64,000 bases of DNA. Source: Camelus dromedarius. Lineage: Eukaryota. The notes under the pieces are model-generated. The model saw nothing but the letters and a program-made list of their open reading frames with translations. It was not told where the DNA came from and ran no database searches. A program made the translations under genes and the position numbers. The stretch covers positions 5,830,001-5,894,000 of the forward strand of contig NC_087438.1 in NCBI RefSeq assembly GCF_036321535.1, read 5' to 3'. This document shows, piece by piece, positions 52,870 to 64,000 of this stretch (position 1 is its first letter; every line of letters starts with the position of its first letter).

Positions 52870-55125
52870 GTGCTGTTTCAACTTGGCTAACTGTGAAATA
52901 CAGTTTCCCAGAATCTCATTTCTTGAGTAGCTCAAAGTTAGGGTACAAAGGAAGAGTCTGAGACAGATTTGGAAAATGGGAGCCTAATAAATTCTTAATT
53001 TCTATTTTATGTCTGGTGAACAGATGTCTCACTTGAAACATGACAACAGAGAGTTTAAAGCCCCTCCACTAATTCTAGAGTTGAGTCAGTTTCCAGACCC
53101 AGAGTTTTTTGAATGAAATGAAGGCTTGATATCCTCAAGGAAAAACCATGCTACACTTCCAGAAATTAATATTGTACATTTTCCTCTCACTCATCTCCAA
53201 AGGGACCTAAGACTATTAGGATGACTGTCCTTTAGGGGGGAAAATTAAACTTTGTAGGAATTACTGGATGTTGGCCCTAAAGTGATACTTACTCTTTGGG
53301 GACCCAAAATGCTGTCATGGTCCACTAGTCAAAGTAAGAGTTTATAGAAGTGATTAATGTAGTTTTAGCTCAGTTACATCTCATAGTAGACCCAGTGGGT
53401 CGCCAAGTTTATTCCGTGGTTATTTTTCTAATTCCAAAATGCAAAGTTAGAATAAAAATCCTCAGCTCTGGCAGTAATTCTCTATTGGTTCCCTGACCGG
53501 TGAGAGAGAAGTGAGAACTATTATTGAAGGAAAGCTAAAGCTGAACTGCCTCTACTTCCAAAGTAATAAAAGGAATCTAAAACTCTTGGAGGAAATGTGG
53601 AGAAACTGGGGAAAAACTCTTGGAGGAAACCCGGGACCTAAAGGATGCAGCAGTTGTACAGGAGAGTTGGATCTTGGAAAATGACAATGGAGCATCATAA
53701 ACTTAATCATAAGGTAACTCCCATTTCAGATGATGTTCCAATTGTGGTTCCTTTACTGAAACAATGAACACATGCCCCGTTACCAGGTATGTGACTATTA
53801 ATGTAGTGAATTCTTTTATGGCTATACCTTTTAATAAATGTTACTAAAACCACTTTGCTTTCAGCTGACAGGATCAGCAAAATGTACCAATCTTGCAGCT
53901 CTTTGTAATAATTTAAATCACAGGGAACCTGATTGTTTCTGTATTCCACAGTGCATTATGCTGGCCCTCTACATCAAAGGTCATGCTGATTAGATATGGT
54001 AAGCAAAAACTAGCAAATATTGATACATTGACTAGATACATACATGCTGGAAATGGCAAGTGATCACCTAAAACACAAGGCTTTGCTACTTTGGAAAAAA
54101 GATCTAGGGGTTCAATGCTCTAAGGGTATGCTGAGATACCTCTTTTAAAATGAGGGCCTCTTTGAACTTGTGGTGTGCTACTTTGACCTATTTAATAATA
54201 AAAATAACAGGCTATCAGTTTTGAATGAGGACCAGAGCAAAACAATGTTCTGCAATAGATCTGGGCTGCCATACAAACTGATCTGCCACTGGGGATTATG
54301 ATCTGGTGATATTCAAAAGTTCTTCAAGTGTTTGTGGCAAAGTGGATGCTATACATAGCCTTTGGGAGGTCTCTACAGAATTACATTGCAGATCTTTAGG
54401 ACTTTGAGCAAAACTCAGCCATCTTCCACTAATGTGTTCTCTTTCGATGGCTTCTGGCTACTGCACCCTAGTAGGGACAGAACATCTGACAATGAGCCAC
54501 CAAGTAGCCACTGAAGCTGATCTGCCTTCCAAGAGCTGGGAGAAGTCTAAGCCACCAGGTAATAAAGCATAATAGCACTTATCTTCAAGTTGATATTTTA
54601 TGTATGAGATTTGACTCAAGCAGGGACTTAGGTAAAAGTAAAACAAAATGAGCAGCTCAGACTTGCATGGCTCCTTTTCCTGTTGCATCGTCTTTTCCCA
54701 AACATGGCCACGGGGCAAATTCCTCGTGTCTTGTTGATGGAGGAAGAAAAATTCAAGTATATTTTACAGGTGATTCTGCCTAATATGCCAGCACCACTTG
54801 AAAGTAGACAGCTACAGCAATACCTCCCCACTCTGGGGTACCCTTCAGTAGCCCCTCTCTTCAGGGACTGTGAAGGATTGTGATGAAGGGAAACTTTCAG
54901 TGGGCAGAACTTCAAGTGATGTCCCAGTTGTTCATTTTTCCTGGAGGGGGAGATTTTCAGTGTATATCCACACGGACTCATGAGCAGTGGCTAACTGGTT
55001 GGCTGGGGGGGTCAGGAACTTCAAATGAACAAAATTGAAAAATGAGTGACAAAGAGATCCTTGGCTAGAACTCTCTGAATGGTCACAGTACAAAGCCATT
55101 TTTGTCCTATTATAAATGCTATGAA
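52870..55125 (+). mobile_element. Decayed ERV-L provirus fragment (LTR piece plus gag end, protease, RT, RNase H)
   Basis: ttactggatgttggc (LLDxG protease) ~53201, tggaaaatgacaatggagcatcataaacttaat (WxMTxxxHKLN, RT) ~53675, cagtgggcagaactt (QWAEL) ~54898 and acggactcatgagcagtggctaac (TDSxAVAN, RNase H) ~54972. Heavily frameshifted. Confidence 0.88.
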
Positions 55126-55704
55126 AGAAATGCAGGAGGTAGGATAGAGTATGTAGAAGGATTAAATCAATTATTCTTAGACTTTGGAGTCGGGGTGAGG
55201 AGAGCTGGATGCTTATAAAAATTTAATGTTATACAGGGCTTCTCTCCAGAAAACACACATACGATTATGTACTATATACCTTCTGGAGGATCATGAATCT
55301 TCTGACCTAAATCATATCTACAAACCTCTTTGACTTGAGGGTAAGAAAATCTTTTAAACAGTACAGATCTGTTAATGCTCAGAAATCAACTGATCACAAG
55401 ATTTCAAAGGGAAGTAAAAATCCTTTGAAGCCTAGCCCCCAAGCAAGAATCATGGTTAACTGGATGCTTTAACACGTCAGAATCCCTCCAGTCTTTTCCC
55501 CACTCAGCCTATTTTATTCTCTTTGCTTTGCTCACTCTCTTTAACTAAAGAACCACAAAATTCTGTAAATTATCTTAGATATCAACTAACCTAACTTCTT
55601 TTGCTGTAGGTTTTACTGATGAAGAAACAGACCCAAAAGGTAAGGTGATGTACAAGATGTTATGATAGGAAATCAGACATAAAAACAAATATGTAAGTGA
55701 TATT

Positions 55705-55860
55705 TACAGTGTGCTTATTACTCTCTTTGTGCCAAGCACTGTTCTAAGTGTTTTACATGCATTCAATCATTTAATTCTCACACGATCCTAATACTGTCAT
55801 CTCCAAGGAAACTGAGGATTGAGAGGTAAATTAAGTTTTCACAAGTCACATGGTTGGTAT
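55705..55860 (-). mobile_element. MIR SINE
   Basis: gtgccaagcactgttctaagtgttttacatg...catttaattctcac...ggaaactgagg. Confidence 0.75.
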
Positions 55861-57773
55861 GTGATATAATTTCCTGATACATGGTCTGATATGATATAGC
55901 TAGAGATTAAGTGCATAATTAATAGCAGTTTCTTGTCTTTTTCTTGTTCTTTCTCAACAGAACTATTTGATGACAGAAGGACTAGAACTAAATTTTCCTA
56001 ACTCCAGGGCCTTTTCTACCCACAAGCCCTTATTCTTGCCTCCATGCCTCTCTCTCCTGTCCCTAAACCTAACCATAATTAGAAAATAGAGCATCTATAT
56101 TTGACTAAATGCAATCCAATTCCTTTTTTGACCTAAAAATAAAAAATTTCTCGAGTCCAACCCTACAAGAAGTTTATCTGAATTAAGTTCCTTTTCACTT
56201 CTTTGTATTATTTTCCCCCCAAATCATATTAAGATAAAATTATTTTACCTTCTAGTTAAAATAATTTTCTATGTATTAAATGGTTATAAATATTAATTTG
56301 TATATTTCTAAACATTTACATTTATTAAATCTCTAAATTATTACAGTCTTTTTTTTGTTTTTTTCCTCAGTATACACTCCCTTTACTGAGATTCAGACAT
56401 CTGACTTATTTACGTGGACGTGAAAGCCTCTGAGACTTTATTTGGGTCTACATTAGAAAAGACAAGGGACGTGTAATCAGAGGTAGTGTCTGATCAGGAA
56501 TCACTAGGACCCTGCACACTTGGCTTATTAATCTAGCACTCAGGCTAGAAACCATTAACTGAGAGATGTTACCTATTTTACTTTTAAAGGCTGATTGTTG
56601 ATCCCCTTTTTCACCACAGAATATTCTATAAAATGGCACAATATTCTTTATGGTAAATTCTTCCAATTTTCACTTTGTATCCCCAGTGCTGCACTAGCTG
56701 GAATGTGGGGGTTAAATCATACTTTCTCACATACAGAGATTGTGAATATCCATGAATCCTTTTAAGGCATTTCCAACATTCTGTAATCAGGCTTACTAAC
56801 AAATTTCTTTAGGGATCCACATGCAACATAGTCAGAGCTTACAAAGCAGTCACGAAACCAGTATTTGACAGTTTTCAGGATTAAAAATAAAATTATGAAG
56901 CACTAAAGATGTTAGCTGTTGCAAAACTCCTGCTGCAGAGATTAAGCAGCTTCTCTGAGAAAATTTTCTGTTTATTTTTTAGTCTACTGTAAAACATCTA
57001 TTCATCCACGCTTTCATTCTTATATCCACTCTATCCCAACTGTGAAAACAGCAGCACACCAAGTAGACAAGCTCATTTCCATTTTTGGCCCTGGGACCTT
57101 TTAGAGCAGCTGTGAAAAATTTGAGGCTGAAGGATGTTGGGCGCAGAGAAAAGCACCATGGACAAAGTGCGCCTTGCAAACACCATTCACAGGTCAAGTT
57201 TCAGAGCAGCCAGAGGTCCACATGGCAAAACCAGATGGATAAAAAAGATTCCTCTACAGTGTTATCAAAATCATGTCATTCTCTTTCCCTTGAACAGTAC
57301 ATATATTTTAAGAACAATATAAGTATGTTAAATACTGAAAAAGCTACTCATTTGAGAACATGCCTCACTCAACAAAAATTATCAGTATTTATGAAAATAC
57401 AGGCCTGTATCCTTCCCAAGTGTCAAAGTGTCCGAAATACCTTAGAGGCACCAGGACAGGACATCAGGGACTTTGATCCCTATGACCTAAACCCTAGAAA
57501 AGTGCCTGGTACCTAAATAATAACAGTAACTTTTGAACATTTACAAGTACCAGGCACAGGTCTGATGGATCCACGTATTAACGATCCTTGCTCACCACCA
57601 GGAACCACCACCTTGGTTTTCTGGACGAGAAATGAGGCAGGAAGAGGGCTGCCCCGGTCAAACAAGGTGGTAGCGGATGGGTTCAAACTCGGGCCGGGCG
57701 CCTGCAGGGCCGGTGCGCTTCGTGTTTGTGGAACAAATGGATGGTGTTGGTTAAGATCAAACTGGTTAAGAGT

Positions 57774-58137
<364 letters not shown>

Positions 58138-58458
58138 TTGGGAAGGAGGGAAGAGCCGCAGACGTTTAGCAGTTCTTTGGTTAAAATGGTCAAACTCCAG
58201 AAAGGGCAAGGCAGGCAGGAGTGGCCTTCTGGGGTAAGTCTCCTCAGAAAGTGGGGCCAGGCCCTCAGCAAACAGGAGGGAAGAGACAGAAAGCCAAGCA
58301 AGGGCAGCGAGTGGGAAGAGGCGGAGGCCGTCCCGACCTCAGCACCCCGGGGGACTCAGGGGCGAGTCAGGAGAACTAAGGCAAGGCGAGCCCGAGCGGC
58401 TGCGTGCCTCCCTTAAAGGAAGGGACTTCACACCCCACGGGCTGGGCGCCCCAGTCAC

Positions 58459-58590
58459 CTGCGCTCGCGCCCGGCCGGGCGGACGCCCGCGGCTGAGGAG
58501 AAGCAGTCGCCAGTCCGCACGTCCCGAAGTCTGACAGAAACGCTCCCGCGAACGCCGCCGGCTGGGCGGCCGCCCGGGCACCGCCCACAC
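58459..58590 (-). other. Putative non-coding first exon of an unidentified minus-strand gene
   Basis: Minus-strand donor CAG/GTGACT (exon ends 58459), just downstream of the CCAAT boxes. No ATG in the segment. The 5' limit is a guess. Confidence 0.5.
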
Positions 58591-58689
58591 ACCAGGCGCG
58601 CTGTGATTGGCCCCAGCTCAGCTATGGACTGGGCTTCCTATTGGTCGCGGCGCCGAGCATGGGCGCTCCGGCCGTGCGCGCGGGCGCAG

Positions 58690-58777
58690 AGAGCGGAGTC
58701 CTCTCAGAGCGTTCGGGCCGGGCGCCGGCACGTGACGACCGGCTACCTTCACTCGTCTATCCGGGAGCCCGCCCGAG
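58690..58777 (+). other. Putative non-coding first exon of a divergent plus-strand transcript
   Basis: Candidate donor GAG/GTCAGC at 58777/58778, with an alternative CAG/GTGCGG at 59024/59025. The downstream plus strand looks T-rich and intron-like. The start is a guess. Confidence 0.35.
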
Positions 58778-60739
58778 GTCAGCGGCCTCCGCGCCCCTCG
58801 TCCCTGCATCCTGCTCCTGGCCGGGCTGGCCGCGCGGGGCGGAGGGCGGGGACTCGGCCCTGGGGCGTCCCCGCCGCCTCCCGGAACGGGTCCCCGGCTG
58901 CGCCGCGGCGTTTGCACGAGCAGAGCCGGTCCCGCAGGTCGCTGTGGGCCACTCCCCCCTCGGCGTCCTGGTTCCGAACCGTTTTCTAGGCGGGGGGAAA
59001 GGGCACCTCTGCGCGCGGGGTCAGGTGCGGGCGTCGGAGAGTCAGGAACGTTGGGAGCGCGGACCAAGCCAGATGCGGGTCCTGCTCCGCCGTGTCTCCG
59101 CCTGCCCACGTCCTACGGGTGCGGCGGAACGTCCTCTGGGAAACGTGGGATGGAGTACCTGCTTTATAAGGTGGTTGTGGGGCCGAGGGGGCCATGGTCT
59201 GAAGCACCTCGAGCTGTGCGTGGCTCCCAGGAAGTGATAAACTCACCTGTAGTGAGAAAGAATGTACTCACTTCATTTTCACAGTACACCGTGATCCCTA
59301 ACTATGTATTGCCTTTTCTGTATTATTTTTGGGGAGTTACACTGCCATTAATGCATTTAACAAATATATATTGACATTTAGTGTCATTCATTTAACAAGT
59401 TTGTACCAGCTGTTTGCCGGGTGTTCGGATGCCTAGGAGTTGAGTTGAATTACATGTATCTAGTGAATTTGCTTTATAATGTGTTGTCTAACATGGTTAT
59501 TTTACCAATTACTTTAAGGTTTAATTTGCTTTTTTAGTCAAGTGTAATTGTCCGGTGGCGCATCAATTTAAACTCTTAGTCGCAGTCCAAAACCCTACGT
59601 TACAGTTTGAGTTTTAGTTTTAATCTTTCTTTACAAAATTTTCCTGACAGTTTTTCCTAGATTTAGATACTGTGTGATGAGTATGAAAGTTCTGTGAATG
59701 AAGTTTATTTTACCCTTGATAATCTCCTGTGGAAAAGCGTAAATGTTTGAGTGTATGGGAAATGTTTTTCGATGATAATACGCTCTTTGAGAGTGTAGGC
59801 AAGTTTGCTTGTGTACTACAGTTTGCTCAGCATTGGAATGAAATATCCGTCAAGAAATCTGCAATTTTAATTGATTTTTTTTCCTTTGTCGAAAGAACAA
59901 CAACAATAAAGCCTGTTTTGTGAGCACCGCCATGTTTCAGTTACTGTCTAATTGCATTTATCAGATGGGTATTATTATTATCCCCACTTTAAAAATGAAT
60001 CTAAGACCAGTTCAGTTTAGTAGCTTGTTCAAAGTTACAGATCTCATAAACGGCACATTCCAGGATTCAAACCCATGTAGTCTGACTCTAGATTCTGACT
60101 TTGAAATCCATGTTTCTGAATTAGGCATGAATTTCTCTATTACTCCTAGTTTAATGGTGAATATAATGTCTCTTTTTAAAGTACATTTAGGGTTAATGTT
60201 ATTAACTCTAGTAAGAAGGCTAACATAGCATATATCCAGTAGAGTAGGTGCAGATTTATCTTTTTCTTGAATTTTTGTGCTACAGTATGTCTTGCCTGTC
60301 TTCTTTTGTAAATGAAGGGACATTTTCCTGTTTAACATATGGAAGTATTATATGATCTTTGAAGGCCTGAAAGCATCTCAGAGAAAAGATAGATAAATCT
60401 AGTATATTTTTATTACAACAGAATTTTTATTTGTATTTTTGTGTGCATATTGTTACAGTCTTACAGATTTGAGGGACTTGATATCTTGCAAGTCTGTTGT
60501 TGAATAACGAATCTATTTTTCAATGCTATGTGGCTTATAACAATGAAAGTCTCATCATTTCACAGACATGCTGTTAACTATGACAGTATTTAAACCTTTC
60601 TTAGAGGAATGGCCATTATGACCTTGTGTTTGTGTCCTTTGTTAGAAAGGAAATATTTCCTCAGTCTTTGGAACACCCTCACCTTGCTCAGTGTGCAATT
60701 TGGGTAGGCGTTCATATAAACAAAACACCTTCATCTCAT

Positions 60740-60900
60740 GCCTGGTTCTTAACCAGGGCAGCCCATCGGAATCTCCGTTGGGAGCCTTTGCAGACTACAA
60801 GTCTAAGTCCTACCTTCCTAGTGAGACCGAATCAGTAACTTTACTGAGGGAACCCCAACCCCAGGGTTATTTTGATACAGATTTTGGGTTGAGGATGACT
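60740..60900. mobile_element. MER5A-like hAT fragment
   Basis: tggttcttaacc...catcggaatctcc...gaatcagtaact...gggttgaggatgact. Confidence 0.6.
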
Positions 60901-61559
60901 TGTGTAAATTTGCCTCCTGCTCTTTTTTGCTAATCATATGACGAGTAGCATTAGTAAGATACTAGCCCACAGGGATCACTGGAGTGGGACTTAAGATTGT
61001 TTATGAATTTACAAGTTTATTGCCAAAGGAGTTAGTGGAAAAATTCCCTGATGGAGAGAGGGAGAAGGGTAGTTAATCCAGGCTTGTAAGTAGTTGTGCC
61101 GGGGGTGATCTGGTGGGCCCCCACACTCCTGGCCAGTCAGCCTCTGCAAAACTTACTGCCCAAGGGCACAGAGGACCAATATAGCAGATTCATGCTCTAA
61201 ATTGAGCTATTTGCAGGTTTTCACATTATACTGTTTCCCACGATTCAGGCTGCAGTAACTAACAGAGGCATTTATACCACAAGATAACATGTGAGCCACT
61301 AAATTAGCAGCCATGGTATTTCCAAATTTATCCTACCAATACTCCTAAAACACGGGAGCCAAGAAAAGCGTCTCAAAGAGAATTCAACCATGTTGAATGC
61401 TGCTGAGAAATTGGAATTAGCAACTAGAAGGCACTGGTGACCTTGGGGAGGCCAGTTTCAGTGGAGAAGGAATAGAACCACAAAGGGCTTAAGGACAAGG
61501 GGAATAGTACAAAAAAAAAACTTTGTAAGTTTTTTGCTATGAGATGCTAGGTTCAAATC

Positions 61560-62443
61560 AAAGATATTTATTCATTGCCTACTAAATGCCAGGCGCTGTT
61601 AGGACTTTGGGTGACACAAGGAGGAACATGGTATGTGCCCTACGCTCCGTGACTTTCTACCTCCTGGGAAAGTCACAAAAACACTTAGGACAGTAGGAGT
61701 TCTGTAAGGGGAAACCGGAGCACGCAGGAGGGGAGCTTCACCCTGTCTTGTGAGTTAAATGAGTTAAGACGTGTAAGCTACTTAGATAAAGGACCAGGAA
61801 CGCAGTAGGTCCTCAATGTATCTATTAATAATAATAGCAACATCTACATAACACATTATGTACTAAGCATAATTTAACTCATTTAATCTTCACAGCATTA
61901 GTTATCAGGATTATTCTAATTTACGGATGAAGAAACCGGGGCATAGAGAGTAACGTGCCAAAGGTCTCCCAGCCCTTTAGTGGCAAAGCCAGTATTTGTA
62001 TTTGTGCAGTCTGGTTTCAGTCAGTGCAGCTTAACCACTGGGCTATAACACTTCTTTTCTGTGAGAGTGTGTGTGTGTGTAAATGCCACAGCTAGAGATG
62101 AGTCCCAGCTGACATCTAAAGCCTAGTGAAACAGCTGGGGCTGGAGACAGTCCAGGCTGCGAAAGGCTTAGAAGTGTGAAAAGAGCATGGTACTTTTAGG
62201 ATGAGGAAGTCCTAAAGTGTGCCCTGAGAAACAGGACAAGGGAATGAGACAGTTGAGCTGACAGGTTAGCAAGATGCCAGTCCCAGAAGTCCTTAGACTC
62301 CTGTTAAAGAGTTTGGGTTGTACCCTAGGGCAGTAAGGGGGAAACATTTGAAAGACTTTAAAGTACCAGAAGAACATGACCAGAGTTGCATTTAGAACAA
62401 TCACGGTGATGGCAGGCTGAAAGGTAGGTGGGGAGGATGAATG
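61560..62443 (-). mobile_element. L2 remnant with interspersed MIR pieces
   Basis: atatttattcattgcctactaaatgccaggc (L2 tail), a MIR at ~61830-62045 (tttacggatgaagaaaccgggg), and L2 body that resumes after 63078. Confidence 0.6.
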
Positions 62444-63077
62444 TGATACAAGAAAAAAAAGTGTGGGGCAAGAAGATGACTGTGTCCCAGGTCTTGGTTG
62501 AGTCCCCGGGGGGGCGTCCCCCACCAAGTGTGGGTCCTTGGCTTCATGCAGGAAAGAATTCAAGGGCAAGCCATAGTTGAGTAAAGGTAGATTTATTCAG
62601 AGAGATACACACTCCATAGACAGAGTGCAGGCTGTTTCAGAAGGCAAGAGAAAGGTGTGGGAGGTGCTTAATTCAAAGTAAAAGTAGATACGCTCCATAG
62701 ACAGAGTTTGGTCCATCTCACTCAGAAAGGAGAACGGCCATGGGGTGTGGGGTTGTTAGTTTTTATGGGTTCGGTAGCTTCATATGCTAACAAGTGGGAG
62801 GCTTATTCCAACTGCTTTGGAGAAGGGGCGGGGATTCCCAGGAATTGAGTCACCGCCTACTTTTTGACCTTTTATGCTCAGCCTCCGAACTGTCATGGTA
62901 CCTCTGGGATTGCATATACCATGTAAATATATTACAGTGAGTATATAGTGAAGCTCAAGTTCTCCCGGGAGTCAAATGTCCGCCCATCTTGGGCCTCTAG
63001 GCCTGTTGGGAGTTGAATTTTTCGCCACCTTGGTGTTAATTGCTCTGTTATTTCTTGAATGGCTGTGCCCTGTATCA
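62444..63077 (-). mobile_element. MER41-like ERV1 solo LTR (634 bp) with 4-bp TSD
   Basis: 7-bp inverted termini TGATACA...TGTATCA and TSD AATG (62440-62443, 63078-63081). Minus-strand order is GC box, CATAAAA (62767-62761), AATAAA (62597-62592). gcaggaaagaattcaaggg...ctccatagacagag resembles MER41. Confidence 0.88.
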
Positions 63078-63690
63078 AATGGAGAGACTGATTAGGAAAT
63101 GTTCAGTTTTCCAAAGAAAACATGGGAAAAACAACAGTGGTGATCTGGGGAGTTAGAGCAAGGAGTGTGAATTAGAAGGATTTGGAAAGAGATTTATTCT
63201 AAAAAATTCTAAAATACTAGTATTTTTTTTCTTTTCTGGAGATAATAAATAGCCAAGGATTTAAGTGATGAATAGCTGGGGCTGAAAAACTAGAAGCCTC
63301 GAAAATGTTGCCGACTTAAAGCAAAGTGAAACAGTATGTTCAGGACATTAGGTCAGTAAAACCAGAAATTAAAGGAGGAGAAGAGACGGTCATCGGGACT
63401 AAAAACTCTGAAAGACCATTGATTTCTGAAGCTAAGACTTTATTTTTTAACATTCCCTGGAGGGTGTGTTTTTGGGGTGGGGTGGGAGTTTGGGTAAACA
63501 CTTAACAACAAAAAGAAACCCTCGTGATTTGGTATTACACATTCCTCATCTGCCATCTCCTCCCTCCCTGTGCCCAGGACCCTCAAGAACCGCCCTGATG
63601 CTCGCAGGCCCGCCAGCTGAGAGCAGACTCATCCCTTCAGCAGCCCCTGCTTAACCCTGGGAGTCACCTGTTTCCCTCCAGAAGGACTTT

Positions 63691-64000
63691 TGTTATGTGA
63701 ACGAAAAATATTGCAAACCGTATCAGTAAACAAAAAATGCTGAAGCCATCAAGTCAACAGCATCTGCCGTCACCCCCACAGTGAAGACAAGCCTGCAGCC
63801 CGGCCTCTGCAGCCACTCACAGTGGTACAGTCTGAGGGGACTCAGAATAAGAAAGGACAGGACATTGACCCTCAACAGCTCGGTGCTTGTCAAAGGAATG
63901 AATTCAATGCTCCCGCCCATGCATAGAAAAGCACTAACATCTTTAACTTGAGATGATTGGTTTTCTTTAGTTAATAGTAATCTTTTAATGTTCCTGTCCC
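63691..64000 (+). mobile_element. ERV1-type LTR of artiodactyl type, truncated by the window end
   Basis: Starts tgtta. Contains gccatcaag...ctgaggggactcagaat...tcaaaggaatgaattcaatg...catagaaaagcactaa...ttaacttgagatg, resembling LTRs I recall from artiodactyl genomes. Confidence 0.7.

Larger units (their letters stand above)
58310..59230. promoter_or_regulatory. CpG island / probable bidirectional promoter
   Basis: Abrupt switch to GC- and CpG-rich sequence in an otherwise CpG-depleted window. ATTGG (reverse CCAAT) at 58606-58610 and 58640-58644, several GGGCGG GC boxes, CACGTGAC at 58729-58736, and an NRF1-like TGCGCTCGCGC near 58460. Confidence 0.92.

Noticed and set aside
58590..58650. 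ERSE (CCAAT-N9-CCACG) at the CCAAT boxes
   Set aside because: Neither CCAAT is followed by CCACG at nine-base spacing.
58300..59300. Assigning a gene name to the promoter
   Set aside because: No coding exon in the window is recognisable, so any symbol would be a guess.
58339..59374. Multiple overlapping ORFs in the CpG island
   Set aside because: Stops are rare in GC-rich DNA. The products are A/R/P/G-rich with no recognisable domain and occur in nearly all frames.

Overview
Mammalian nuclear genomic DNA, AT-rich and CpG-depleted. It is most likely from a camelid (camel, alpaca or llama), because a young L1 3'-UTR at ~19.8-20.2 kb resembles camelid L1 and I see no Alu, B1 or Bov-A/tA SINEs. 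No intact protein-coding gene is recognisable. The ORF track is explained by chance ORFs, decayed repeats, a (GAAA)n tract and GC-rich sequence. The main functional landmark is a CpG island (~58.3-59.2 kb) that looks like a bidirectional promoter, with twin CCAAT boxes, GC boxes, a CACGTGAC E-box and a candidate splice donor on each strand. The ~58 kb to its left appear to be long 5' intron(s) of an unidentified minus-strand gene, with a few candidate small exons. The rest is a typical eutherian repeat landscape (L1M, L2, MIR, MLT1/MLT2, MER21, MER34, a decayed ERV-L gag/pro/pol, hAT DNA transposons) plus a few younger insertions with intact target-site duplications (TSDs). I found no evidence of a new protein-encoded system. 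The best leads are regulatory: a MER41-like solo LTR carrying a GC-box/NF-kB/STAT/AP-1 cluster ~3 kb from the promoter, a long polypurine tract next to the island, and strong RFX and CTCF motifs. Repeat family names come from recalled consensus sequences, not from a search, and boundaries without TSDs are approximate.
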